A DNA stretch of 64,000 nt, from NCBI RefSeq assembly GCF_000002075.1, contig NW_004797961.1, forward strand, positions 107,017 through 171,016, in the 5' to 3' direction. The notes below the pieces were generated by a model. The model was not told the DNA's origin. It did no database searches and worked only from the letters and a program-made list of their open reading frames with translations. The DNA comes from Aplysia californica. Lineage: Eukaryota. Positions 1 through 12,400 of the stretch are shown here, piece by piece; the first letter of the stretch is position 1; each line of letters starts with the position of its first letter. Made by a program: the position numbers and the translations under genes.

Positions 1-247
1 CTGATGATGCTATAGTGTGAGTACCGTGAGCCGGCTGAACTGGCGAGAGGCGTAAACTAAAAATAATAAAAGTCAGTACTCACATTGTTGAAGACCTGTT
101 GCTGTCGTCGCGTCTTCTGTTGTACTACTCACATCTGTCGTTGCGTCTTCTGTTGTACTACTCACATCTGCAGTGCGTGGCGTGGAACCCATCGGCCCGT
201 GGGCGTACAGGATGAGCGTAGAGATAATAAAACGTGTGTCACGACGC

Positions 248-567
248 GGTGGAATCAGGCGCTCGTCAACTTTTAGGCTTACGGAGTTACTGTTATATCC
301 ATAAATCCTATTCATTCGCCTAGCTGTTGATGAAAAAAACACACCAATACCCATCTGTCTGAATAAAAGCCTAGATACTTGCGATTGGACTGAGGGAGGT
401 GGGGATCGTTTGGTGTCATAGGTAAAAATAGCGAGAAAATGGTCGCCAAAGTGTGGTAATTTCCCAGGCCTTTGTGTCCTTTTTGGAAACTGATCTAATT
501 GCCTAACGGGAAGAAAAATGTCAATTTCTCCCAGTTCATTATTTTGACGAGCACCTGATTTCACTAC
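248..567 (-). mobile_element. MITE family F
   Basis: TIRs GGTGGAATCAGGCGCTCGTC / GACGAGCACCTGATTTCACTAC; related copies at 12081-12473 and from 44268. Confidence 0.75.
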
Positions 568-1281
568 GATGCGACACAGTTGCCCTGTCTTAAAACACAC
601 GGTGCAGGATTCTGTACGGTCAAGCATTTCAGGTTACCGGAAAATAATATTGTTTGTTTGCTTGTTTGTTTGGTTGAATAAAGAGCTGCATATCGACGCA
701 ATAATCTAGCCTCTGCGTTTGTTGCCAATTTTTTTTTGTCCAGAAGTTGCCAAAAGTTGCCCTCAAAAAAGGGCAAAAGGTTGCTATAAAAGTTGCCAAT
801 AATTTTCAAGCTTTCATCTCTCTGTGAAGACGTGTAGCAATTTGTGGATAGAGATAACTTAATCTAAAGCACCAGAATTTCTTGTGCTCTGTTTTAAGCC
901 CCCGGGAGAGTAAAGAAATAGGACCTACCAGTGACGCCCTCCAACCATCTGCTAGAAACTTTTTATTTTTACTATATTCTGTTGTCTTGAAATAGTGTTG
1001 CTTATTGTATCACAAATGTATGTTTTCTTTAAATATTTTGTCTATATTGTGTTTTCTTGAAAAATCTGGAAACTTCTTAGATCACGATATCTGGTTGGCG
1101 AGAGAAACTTTAGTTCGTATAATCCCAGGCAGAGGCGGCTTGAGTCAGCCTTGGCTCAAGTTGTCAGTTTCTGCAGTCGTGACTTATTTTGTTACTATTT
1201 GGCTATTTAATTTATGGATATTAGAGGACGGAAACACCCACCCACCCATACCCCCCAACCCACCATACCCCCTCCACACTT

Positions 1282-1282
1282 A

Positions 1283-1315
<33 letters not shown>

Positions 1316-1336
1316 ACACACACACACACTCACACG
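1282..1336. repeat. (CA)n microsatellite
   Basis: Direct reading. Confidence 0.9.
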
Positions 1337-2012
1337 CTGTTTTTGTTCGTCCTACTACCCCTGCGCTTTTGAAGATGGCCTTGACTTCACAAACTGGTCA
1401 GTTGACGGTGACTGTGTGTCCGGAGATGGCTGATGAGGCACATCCGGTCTCAGATTGTTCGCCCTCGGTGTAGGGGGCACGGCTGTTCTGTCCCCGTGGT
1501 TTTATGCACCCCGCATAATTTAGCAAAATTTGATCATTTTTTTCATTATTTCTGATTATTTTCTTTTATCATTCTTTGTTAAAAATCAACAGAATCGCAT
1601 AATTTCTCATTTTTGGGCTCAGTTTGCATAATTTCAGAATTTTTCTTGTATAAAACGACGGGGACAAATTTAAACTGACCACTCTTCTCCGACAACAGAT
1701 GGTCCTCTTGGACAGGTTCAACTGTACTTCGTCCTTTTTTACTCAGTTAAACTTCTTTCATACGTTGATTCCCCAGACAGGCTGTTGGACTTGTGGTGGA
1801 GGCACGTGAGGCCTCTGAGTGACCCTCTCGAGTAGATTTAATATTACAAGCGACGACAATGGCATATTGTTGAGCCTCTTTGACTGACCACACACAGATC
1901 AGGATCTGTTCATAGCCCGAGTGGGCGAGATATTTCTCGACGACCTGACGTTCATGACACGGGGAACTTTGGAGGGAAATGACTAAACTTCTCTTCTGGG
2001 GGTTTTCCTTAA

Positions 2013-2259
2013 CCCTATCCGTACGCCCTGGGGTCATTTTGTACCCTCGGGGTTGTATTCTTCACATTTTAGAATACTTCTAGTGCGAAGATCTCTTTGA
2101 AACGTTCAGTATTTCTCAAAAAATCATTTTGACAAATTTCTGTGCAAAGCGTACGGATCGGATTAAAGAGTAAATTTCCTGTTTGGAAAGTGGTGGCACA
2201 GAGTGGTGCAACTGCAACGTCGTATGGATACGATAGTAAAACACGACGTACGGATAGGG
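2013..2259 (+). mobile_element. piggyBac-type MITE
   Basis: TTAA on both sides; TIR CCCTATCCGTACG/CGTACGGATAGGG; inverted sister copy at 31696-31936. Confidence 0.88.
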
Positions 2260-4308
2260 TTAAGTAATATAAGCTAAGTATGGGTTAATTAAGAATTAGA
2301 CTACGATGAGTCAATTTGTTGACTGTTATTAAAAAGTGCTCTCAGTAGCGTCATGATACGAGGACATTTTTAGGGAAGTGACTTCCTTTTAGGTTGTTTT
2401 TCTTTAACGTGAGATACGCTAATTATACATGTGTAGTTTAATTACAAGAATTACGGTATGCGTGAATTTATTATTATCTTTTAAGAAAAAGTAACTGTCT
2501 GTGGCGAACTTTTTGGATTTTTTGGCCATGTTACGAGGACAGACGTTTTCCTAAGAAAATATTGGAAATTAAACCTCAAACTTGACACACAAATTTATTA
2601 TCTTTGATTAGGGGAGGGGATTTTTTTATATCATTAAAAAAAAATAAAAAAAATCAGCCGTATTGAATCTATCACGGGATTACAGTGTGTTTCCGAAAAA
2701 AAACCCAGTACAGTGACTCAGGAATATTTTAAAAGGAAGTGTGTAGCCGCTCGTCAAGAACAGCATACACAGTGGGGTAATCGCTCGTCCAACATACATA
2801 ATAAATGATGACGCCAAACGCACGTTTCAGTCTTCTTCCGGGGATCACGTGTCAATAAAGTATCTCACCACCCAAGATTGAAAAATACCATGATGGGACA
2901 ATAGGCCTCATTTCCGGTCTAACTGGCTCCCCTTGGAAACAGTAACCAGCGCGTATAAACAAACAACAGGAAAGCAAGAGCACGCTGTTCAACTCAGTAC
3001 TTTGATATTTTCATATGTTAGACGCTGTTTTGCCTTGTCTTTGTCCATGTAAACTGTTTGGAAATTATTTTAACTGGCTTTTGTTCACACTTTGAATATA
3101 TAGTGGGTTGAAAATAAAAAACCCCGAAACCACAGAGTAGAGACCCTCTCTTGAATTAGAGCCTAAAGGTTGGATTTGGATACAAAATAATTCAATCCCA
3201 GTTGAATGTGGTAGAGGGAATTGTTTCGCCTGATGTTAAGCTTTTAGTTTAGTTTAGTTTTAGTAAGGTTTTACGGCCCTCGCAACTGCATAAGGGGTGG
3301 ATGTCAACAGATAAGTCCAAACGGGGAATCCGGCTTACTCTGCTCACCTCTCTAGCCTGAACAGCACAAAGTCTAAGTCTAACACATTTACAATTCTACT
3401 GTGCATTAGAACATGTTAATATCCCCCTTTTGGGAATGGCCAAAAGACAACTTCAGAAATTGACTCCTCTTGCGGTTAGAGACAAGACTCAACAAATGCC
3501 CTTACGATTACGAGTATGAGAACTATGGTGTCTCTATTTTGTCCACCCCTTTGACTGAAGCCAAAAGTTCAGCTGATTAAAACCTGTAAATTCTTTGCCA
3601 TATGGACAGACCGAAGTGCTAGAACCCAAATGGCCGTTGGATCGGAAAAGTAAAAAAGTAAAGTAAGCCACAAGTTCTGAGGAATATCATGTGAAAACGT
3701 TTGAGCTTCCAGTTCCCGGTATGCCTTTAGTATACTCTAGTCTCTAGTAAAGACCTTATTGATGATACACACCACTGTACACAGACAGTAAAGTAGGGAA
3801 ACGACAGAAGAAAAAAAACAACAAAACAATCACTCATTAGTACACAGCATTTTTTTCTTTATTCTTTTGCCGGGAAAATGAAGTGAGCACAAATATATAT
3901 GCAATAAATGAAGAACACAGGTCAAAAAATATTTCTACCTTCAACATAACGTACTAACATTACACGTATAACAACTGTTCACCCGACCCCACTCTCCCTT
4001 TCAAAACAAAACTACCCACATTTCCAACTCCCTATTTTCAACAGAGTCAACAATGTTTTTTTGTAAGTAGAACACAAATGACCCAAAACACAACTATCAA
4101 AAGACAGTTCTCTCTCTCTCCAGAAAACCGTCCTCAAAAAACCCAAAAGTGCAATAATATTTTGTAATGTTGCTACTACTGGCCCTGGTAAAAACATGCC
4201 GTTCTGTCTCACAAAGAAAAGTTCTTTCCAGAACATCTCTGCTCCTTCTCTTTACATACAAGACGCAGTCAAACCTGCCATTATAGCAACCTGTCCAAGA
4301 CAATCACA

Positions 4309-4392
4309 TGTACAACTGACCACTTCATCTGTACAACTGACCACTTCATCTGTACAACTGACCACTTCATCTGTACAGCTGACCACTTCATC
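4309..4392. repeat. 21-bp tandem repeat x4
   Basis: TGTACAACTGACCACTTCATC units. Confidence 0.9.
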
Positions 4393-4649
4393 TCTTGTGT
4401 TTTTAAAAATATCATGACACTGTCAATGAGTCCACCTATCTACGACAACCACTTTTCCTCTAGACAACTTCGACTCTATAATCAATCCCTCATAACAAAC
4501 AGTATCAAACAAGCCATAATAAAAGCGTTACTGTTACCACCAACTGTCCTGAGAACAGTTTTCTAAATTCTCACATAGAGTGGTGTTCCATCAGGTAATC
4601 TCACGTAGAGGAGTGACCCTTCTCGTACTATAAATAAATGTTATCACCA

Positions 4650-4840
4650 GCTTCTCCGAGAACGTTATTCTAAATAACCTCACACACAAAAGAGTGACTC
4701 ATTTTGAAATATATAAACGTTGCCACCAGCTTTTCGGAGAACGTTTTTCTAAAAAACCTCACACACAAAAGAGTGACTCATTTTGAAATATATAAACGTT
4801 ACCACCAGCGTTTCGGAGAACGTTTTTTCTAAATAACCTC
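4650..4840. repeat. ~79-bp tandem repeat (~2.4 copies) in the RBM22 3' UTR
   Basis: CCTCACACACAAAAGAGTGACTCATTTTGAAATATATAAACGTT..CACCAGC..TTCGGAGAACGTTTT repeated. Confidence 0.8.
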
Positions 4841-4927
4841 CAACAGACAGAGGAGCGAACCGTCTCGCAGCGTACGGTCTCGGCAGACGGTGCAATAAAA
4901 CTAGCACTAGTACGACAAACACAATCA

Positions 4928-7573
4928 TCAAGTCTCTCTGCCGGGCTTGGACTTGTTGGGCCCCGGCGGGTTCTTCATGGCTCCCATCCTGGTCGGGTCT
5001 TGTGAGGGGTAGTGGACGGCGCGGCCGTGGCCTGGAGGGGGACCACCGGGGCCACCGTGCGGGGGCTGCTGTTGTTGTTGCTGTTGCGGAGGGGGCATGC
5101 CTGGTGGGGGCCTCATGGGCAGGACTCCGGGCGGGGGTGGGGGCATTCGCATTCCTGTGGGGGTGGGGGGGAGGGCAAACGAAGGAAAATGTGTGTGTGT
5201 CACAACCATGTTTTGTTTGAGTACAGGAAGTACATCAATAATAAATAATAATATATTATTATATATATAATAAATTTAAATTAATTTTTTTTTAAAACGA
5301 TCCCAGAAGGGCACTTTGGTTTACAATGGTAAACACACATAAATATATATAATTATAAATACATGAACACATAAATAATTATAAATACATACATAAATAA
5401 AAATACACAATATTACACCAATGCAGAAGAATTTCACAACATTGCCAATGCTGGTCGCCACTGTGCACCGCCCAGTTTTTTTTGCTCCAGGGTTTTCGTG
5501 TCTTGCTCAAGGACACACCCCAGTGACCACCCATCCGATCCCTGTGTCACCGCCACTTGGTCAAAAAGTAAGACACACAGACAGAAACAACAGAGGAAAA
5601 GTAAACAAGCAGGACTTAACAGTGGCGCTCTCCAACTTTAACCACCAGCTTGTCATTTTTCGTAAGAGTTTTACGGCACTTGCAACACAATAAGGTCATA
5701 TAAGTGCCGAAGATTAGAGGTGTTACAAGAGAGTAACAAACACAAAAAAGGAGGGGGGAGATCAGGACGACAGATGTTTCATATGAAAGAAGGAGCAAAC
5801 CACACCAGAGCACCCTCCAACTCTAAATCACCAGTTTGTCACGCATGACCAGCCGCGGGGGTTTGTTTGAGTAAAGGGAATCACATTATCCACACCATAA
5901 TGAGTGCAGGCGAAAAGTAAGACAGAAAGACAGAAACAAAGAGATGGAAAGAAAGAAAAAAAGTAGGACAGAAAGACAGAAATACAGAGGGTAAGAAAAA
6001 GAAAAGTGGGACTGAAGAAGTAAACCACCTAAATGATCTGAATTGAGAGGAGTAATGTCAAGCAAGTGTCGGTGAAATGGGGATCAGATGGGTGGTCACT
6101 GGAGTGTGTCTTTGAGCAAGAAACGACAACCCTAGCTCAAAATAGAGGACGCTGCACAGTGGCGACTGACAGTGGCATGGTTGTTAAATGTTCTGTATTT
6201 GTGTAACAGTGTGTATTTATGTATGTACGTATTCATAATTATGTATTGATGTATGAATATGTATGTTTGCCATTGTAAACCAAAGTGCCCCTCTGAGACA
6301 AATAAAAGTGTAATTATTTTTTAAAATATTTTATAGGAGGGTAAAACATTAACAAAATAAGCACACCATGGATCCATTAGAACAACTCGCAAGCACACAA
6401 TGGATCCATTAGAACAACTCGCAAGCACATAATGGATCCATTAGAACAAATCGCAAGCACACAATGGATCCATTAGAACAACTCGCAACTTCAATGCACA
6501 AGACATGAGTGGTTTTTGTCTCATTTTCTCATAAGGCGAATCTTTTGGTAAGAACTGTTCCAAAAAGGATCTTTTTCTAAATGCTTCAAAGTAGAAAAAT
6601 AAAGTAGAAAAAGCAGGATACTGTGTGGCTCAATGAGTTACAGTAAAAAAAAATATATATAAATTAGTGCTTGGCAACAGCTCTGGTGTGGTTTGCTCCT
6701 TCTTTCCCCATCAAACATCTATCATCCTTATAATTGCTTTCCCCTTTTTTTTCCCTTCTTTGTTATTTCCTCAAGTAACACCTCTTATCTTCCCCTGAGA
6801 ACTATTTAGTCCAAAGCGCACTCTACAGATAAGTACACTTTGGACAAATAAATAGTCCTGAGGTGACATAATCTTTGGCACCTATAAGACCTCATTGTGC
6901 AGCAAGTGCCGTGTAAAATTCTCACACCCCCCCCCCCCCTAAAATAGGGGGGGGGGGAGGAGAGAATGAAAAATAAAAAAATTAAAAAACCCACTTTGGA
7001 ATAGACCACCCAGCCAAATTCACTTCAAGTACAGACAAAGAAGTAAGACACACATACCGGGTGGAGGCGGTCCTCTGGGCATGCCAAAGGGCATGGGTGG
7101 TGGAGGGCCCCTCATCATGGGAGGGAAGCCCCGTGGGCCGCCTGGAGGACCCCCTGGTGGGCCGTTTGGTGGGCCGCCGGGCGGGCCACGCATGGGTCCT
7201 CGGGGCGGGAGGCCAAACGGCTGAGGGGGTGGGACTCCGGGGCCGGCCAGGTTGAAGTAGTTGTTGGTCAGCTCTTCTGGCGGCATCGGCAGTGCTGGGG
7301 GGAGATGGGAGGACATATTAATAGGTAGCGTAAACAGCCATTTAGAGACAAATTTGATCAAATTTTAAACAGCTACCATTTTCTTTAAAATTGACGGAGA
7401 GGTTAAAGAATGGGTACCGAATTTCTCAGGAGATATAGGCCTTTCATATGGAACAGATACATTTGACATACGGCAACTTGGAAAATTCACTTTCTGGTAC
7501 CTAATATTAGTATGATCAGTTTACTGAGCGTGTGAAGAGTTTTGTGAGTGTGGGGTTGTTGGTTTTTTTTGTT

Positions 7574-7605
<32 letters not shown>

Positions 7606-9451
7606 GTGTGTATGTTACTGTGTGATTTTTAACAAATTGGGGAGAAAAAAAACAGCCAAATTTTAGAAGAATTTTAGGTAGTCCACCCTGTGATTCGCCA
7701 TTAAACAAAAGCATACTCCAAACACAAATGAAATTTGTTGTAAAGAAAAGATGGAAAACATCCAGCACCGACATCAGAGCGAAAACTGGTTGATTTTAAT
7801 TAGTTTTATTTTTAACTTTAGTCTGTTTTAGTTCATACTATTGTTTTTTAAAAAAAGTTTTATTTAAACAAGTTTTCTCGTGCGCAACCTGAAACACTAT
7901 TTCAATTTGACACCTCCCCCCCCCCACCCAACTGAATTGGAGTAAAGCAGTCTGCTGCCTGCCCACTATGTGACTACCACTCAGAGACAGTGGAACATCG
8001 TCTGTTCTTCTGTAGAAAACTAACCGATCTGGGGGAATGTTTTCTTCCCAAGCTACCCCACACACCCAACTGCCTCTACTCCTCAAGACAACAATTAGGA
8101 CAGACAGTCAGCTATTACAGAATGGCATCATGCAGAACAGTTAATGCTCAGATGCTACTGGATCGCTAACAAAAACAACAACATCCGGCGGTGGCATCTC
8201 TTTGGGGAGGATCCAGGAAGGTTGGACTGCCTCACCCGCTAACCAAGAGAGGCAGTGGCCCTGGCGAAGAGCACGCTCTTCGGGACTCCAAACATTTTGA
8301 ACGGATAGGCTACCACACACACACACACACACAACAACAACGACACCCCCCCCCCCCCCCTTGAAAACACCTGAAATCAAGCAGGCAAAGCAAACCGGAG
8401 AACGTACCTTGAGGCAAGCCAGGTACAGGCTCCAGGGCAGGCTGGGGCGGACCCTCGCCCTTCTTCACCGCCAGCGTCTGCTGTCCCTGGGAGCGACCCC
8501 ACTTGATGTTCAGCCGCCGGCCACACAGGATGAGCTTGTTGAACGCCTTCTCCGCGGCCGCTTCCGCCGACGCCCGGTTGGTGAACTGCACAAACGCACA
8601 CTGCTGTTTCGCCACGTTGACGGAACGAATCTCACCGAACTGGTAAAAATAATCCCTGTGGAGGACAAAAAAACCCCGCACCCACACACAAATTAAAATC
8701 CCATCAACTTCAACAAAGACAGAGAAACTTGACTAACAAAGAACACACTTATTCTAGAGCAAAATACAGTAAAAAATTGTCCCAAGACAGCCCTCACCGT
8801 GGAGGAGAAAAGGGGCTGTCCTGGACAAGTGGATGTCTTGGAACTCACCTTCATAATGAAGGGGAAAAAAATTTTAAAAGGGGGGGGGGGTGAAGAGGGA
8901 AGTGGTCCTTTGTAGAGGTGATTGTCTTTTGACATGTGGCTATTTGAGAAGGTTTGACTATACATGATACAAAGTGAAGAAATAAAGAAGTACCCACAAT
9001 TTTTTGAAAACTCACTCAAATGCTGACTGCTCCAGCACAGCCAGCAAAGGCTGAAAAGGATGCAGCATCCCAGCAGACAGGTGAGACACTCAAGAGAATT
9101 TACAACTTCCCACCGTGAAAAGTGAACTAAGATACTTTGTTTTAGTAAGAGTTTTACAGCACTTACAACACAATCAGGTCATGTAAGTGCCGAAGATCAG
9201 AGGTGTTACAAGGGAGTAACAAACAAAAAAAATAAGGAGAGATCAGGACGACAGATGTTTCATACGAAAGAAGGAGCAAACCACACCAGAGCACCCGCCA
9301 ACCACATACTTTGCATGCCAGAGACCAGAGCATTAACATTATACCATAGAATAGATGCTGGTAAATGGAAGGGGTGAACAGAATTGTTTCTAAAGATGAA
9401 GAGAAAAAAAAGCTGAACTTCTCAGAAAGAAAAATCATGATAATAAATTAT

Positions 9452-9483
<32 letters not shown>

Positions 9484-12400
9484 TTTCAGTCTGAATCACC
9501 ACAAATCTGAACACAACTAACCTCAACTCTGTTTCCCCGACTTTGTCCCCCAGATTTCCCACATAGAGGGTGGTGACTGTCTTGTCTTCCGGAGGCTCCA
9601 GCTTGGGCATGCTGCTGTAACGACTGAGAAGTTTGTCCGCTACCGGGTCATTCATTCCGTAAAATCTGTCCTTGATGTTCTGATCTGCCAAGGGGTCGTC
9701 TGGGTCTGTCGGCTTTTCGTGCCTGGAGGAAAAATAAACAATACACATCAGCCATATATATATGCAGTAATATACTTTTTTCTCTTTGCTAAACATTTTT
9801 GAATACAAAGTCACTACTCCACAACACAAAAGCATTGAAAAAAAGAACCCCTAAAATAAATCAAAAGACAAAATATCATTTACGACCCTTTAACAGGGTT
9901 TCTAAGGTACCATTGAACATTTAGCAAATGGTAGTAGGTCTACTGTTCTTTTGTTAAAAAAAACAAACCACCTAATGAACAATTGACTAACAAAATCTTA
10001 TCCTTGAGAATGTCTTCTTACGTTGGACTTTCATGCTCAGCTTCATAAAAAAACCCTCCTGCCTTCACATCTTCACATCAAATCAGTTCACCTGTCGACT
10101 CAAGCTCTAAGAAAGATTTCCCTTTCCGCCTTGTTCCAAACACATGCACGCACACATATCCCAGAAACAGGGATGCCAAATGATTTGGGGAAAAAAAAAC
10201 CTGAAAATGAGCGGAGCATCATATCTCACCTAACACGTACTTTGTAAAATCTTTAAATGAGCAAATAAAAACATTTCTCTTACCATTCCCCTTTCTTTTG
10301 TAAGTGTATGGAAAAACCAGAAAAAGCAGAAAAAAACTGCAGAAACTGCGTACCTGTAAGGACATTCCTGGCCACGCCGACACTCTCCTTTCACCCAAAA
10401 CGAGCAGATGTGAGGCCGATTTCTCTTGTAGTAAGGAGTTGTTCTTGCCAGTTTGAGCAACATGTCGCTAGGAGTCTGTGCCTTCCCCGCCAAAGCTCCC
10501 ACAGGCGAGATACCGTCACTGTTTGCTATCTGAAAAAAGTATTAGTTTCAGTAAAAGTTTTATGGCACTTGCAACACAAGTCACGTAAATGCTGAAGATT
10601 GGAGGTGTACAAGAGAGTAACAAACACAAAAAAGGAGGGAAGATAAGGACATTAGATGTTAGATAAGAAAGAAGGAGCAAACCACACCAAAGCACCCACC
10701 AACCATCCGCTATCTGAAAAAGGAACATGAAACAGATATTCACAACGGTCCAGCATCATGACTCTAGCCAAGAAAGGGGTCCCAAAAAATACATTAAATA
10801 CATCGCCAAAAATGAAAATTCTGCATTGACATACAATTCTCTAGGAATAAACATTTTCAACAATTCAAATCGATGCAGTTTAAAATCATGAACCGCCAAG
10901 CTAGCTAAACTGCCTACCTCTCTTTCCATATTCTGTGTGTAGTACTCTTTATTAACGTCGGATTTGGGCATGTTATCCTGGAGCTTCAAAGCAGCATCTC
11001 GAACCTGGACAGGCAAACCTGAAATTGCATAGAAGCATTTCTCATGAAATGTGCACACAGTAAGACATTTTCCCAAAAAATAAGCTACAAGGGTAGGGGA
11101 TGGGTGGGGTGGGGGGGAAAGAAGATCTTTTCACCTCTACTGACCTCTGCGGCTCATCCAAAGAGGCCAGAACACTACGTACAAATACACTTTCATCAAG
11201 GAAAGCTCAGAATATTCCTCAAAAAAAGGTATAATTTTTAAAATTAAAAAACCCAAAAAAAAAACCCAACCCCCCTCCCCCTAAAAAAACAAACAAAAAA
11301 CCCCATCAAACTTCCTTGCGTAGAAGGCAGAAGTTGGACCTATAAAATATGAGTTTGATTCCTGGTTCTGTCAAACAGGACGCCACACCCTTAACTTAAA
11401 TTAAAAAGTACTTTATCTATTTGCCTTGGTTTCTCAAGCTGCAAAAAAGATACTTGGCAAATCAACACAGACAAAATTTGGCAAAAATACTGGTGTGCGC
11501 TTAGCCAATGGGCAAAGTGTAGTACGCCTCCAGGGGGGGCTGAAGTAGTACACCGGAAAGAGCAGGCCAGCCAAAAGAGTAATTGTTTAGTTTTAGTAAG
11601 AGTTTTACGGCACTTGCAACACAATAAGGTCATATAAGTGCCCAGGATTTGAGGTGTTACAAGAGAGGTAACAAACACAAAATAGAAGGAGGGGAGAAAA
11701 GGACGACAGATGTTTGATAGGAAAAAAGAGCACACCACACTAGAGCACTCACCAACCACCCTCAAAAGAGTAATTGAGAAGACCTGTGAACATTTAGGGA
11801 GACAAAATACTACACACAAGCATTTCAACTTTCACAATTCAAGAGTCTACAAAAACAAAAATATCAGTTAATAGCAAATGAGTTTTTCCAGGGTTGGATT
11901 ATGATATGTCAGCCAGAGATGATGTTAGTTTTAGTACGGTTTTACGGCGCTCACAACTGCATAAGGTCATATGAACGCCAAGGGGTGGATGTCAACAGAG
12001 AAGTACAAACAGCAAGAGGTGAGGTAGGAGCAACACTTGGTCAACACAGTTAAAGACTTTCAGTGCGATACTCGAGGCAGTGTGGTGAAATCCGGCGCTC
12101 GTCAAAACAATGAAATTGGAGAAACTGGCATTTTTCTGCCAGTTTGGCAATTTTTATCGAATTTTTTTTTTTTTTTTTGCCGAACACCAATGTTGTTCAA
12201 TAAGGAACACATTTCTGGGGGGATTTTACTGGAAAAATGTTGATTAAAGTCATAAAAATGTATGTTTTCAGTTTCCACGGACTCTAAAGCTAAGGAGAAA
12301 ACTAAATTTTTGGCAGCCATTTTCTCACTAACCTTTTTTTAAAAATCTGAAACCAGGTGACCCCCACCTCCTTCATTTGCAAATTTCTCGATTTGTATTC

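Larger units (their letters stand above)
84..2911 (-). pseudogene. Possible degraded or fast-evolving secreted-protein gene running off the window start
   Basis: Signal-peptide-like exon 2911-2869 (MRPIVPSWYFSILG, phase 1 GTGAG); open 219-nt phase 1-1 exon 1982-1764 with a weak acceptor; further phase-1 GTGAGT donors near 1334 and 83; Thr/Ser-rich repeat. One internal TGA and a MITE interrupt it; no family recognised. Confidence 0.25.

Noticed and set aside
2-38. C/D box snoRNA (TGATGA...CTGA)
   Set aside because: Too short, no terminal stem, and at the window edge.
73-627. 184-aa ORF as a single-exon gene
   Set aside because: More than half of it is read through MITE F (248-567).
6361-6488. 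CRISPR-like 32-bp repeats
   Set aside because: Contiguous tandem units without spacers, in a eukaryotic intron.
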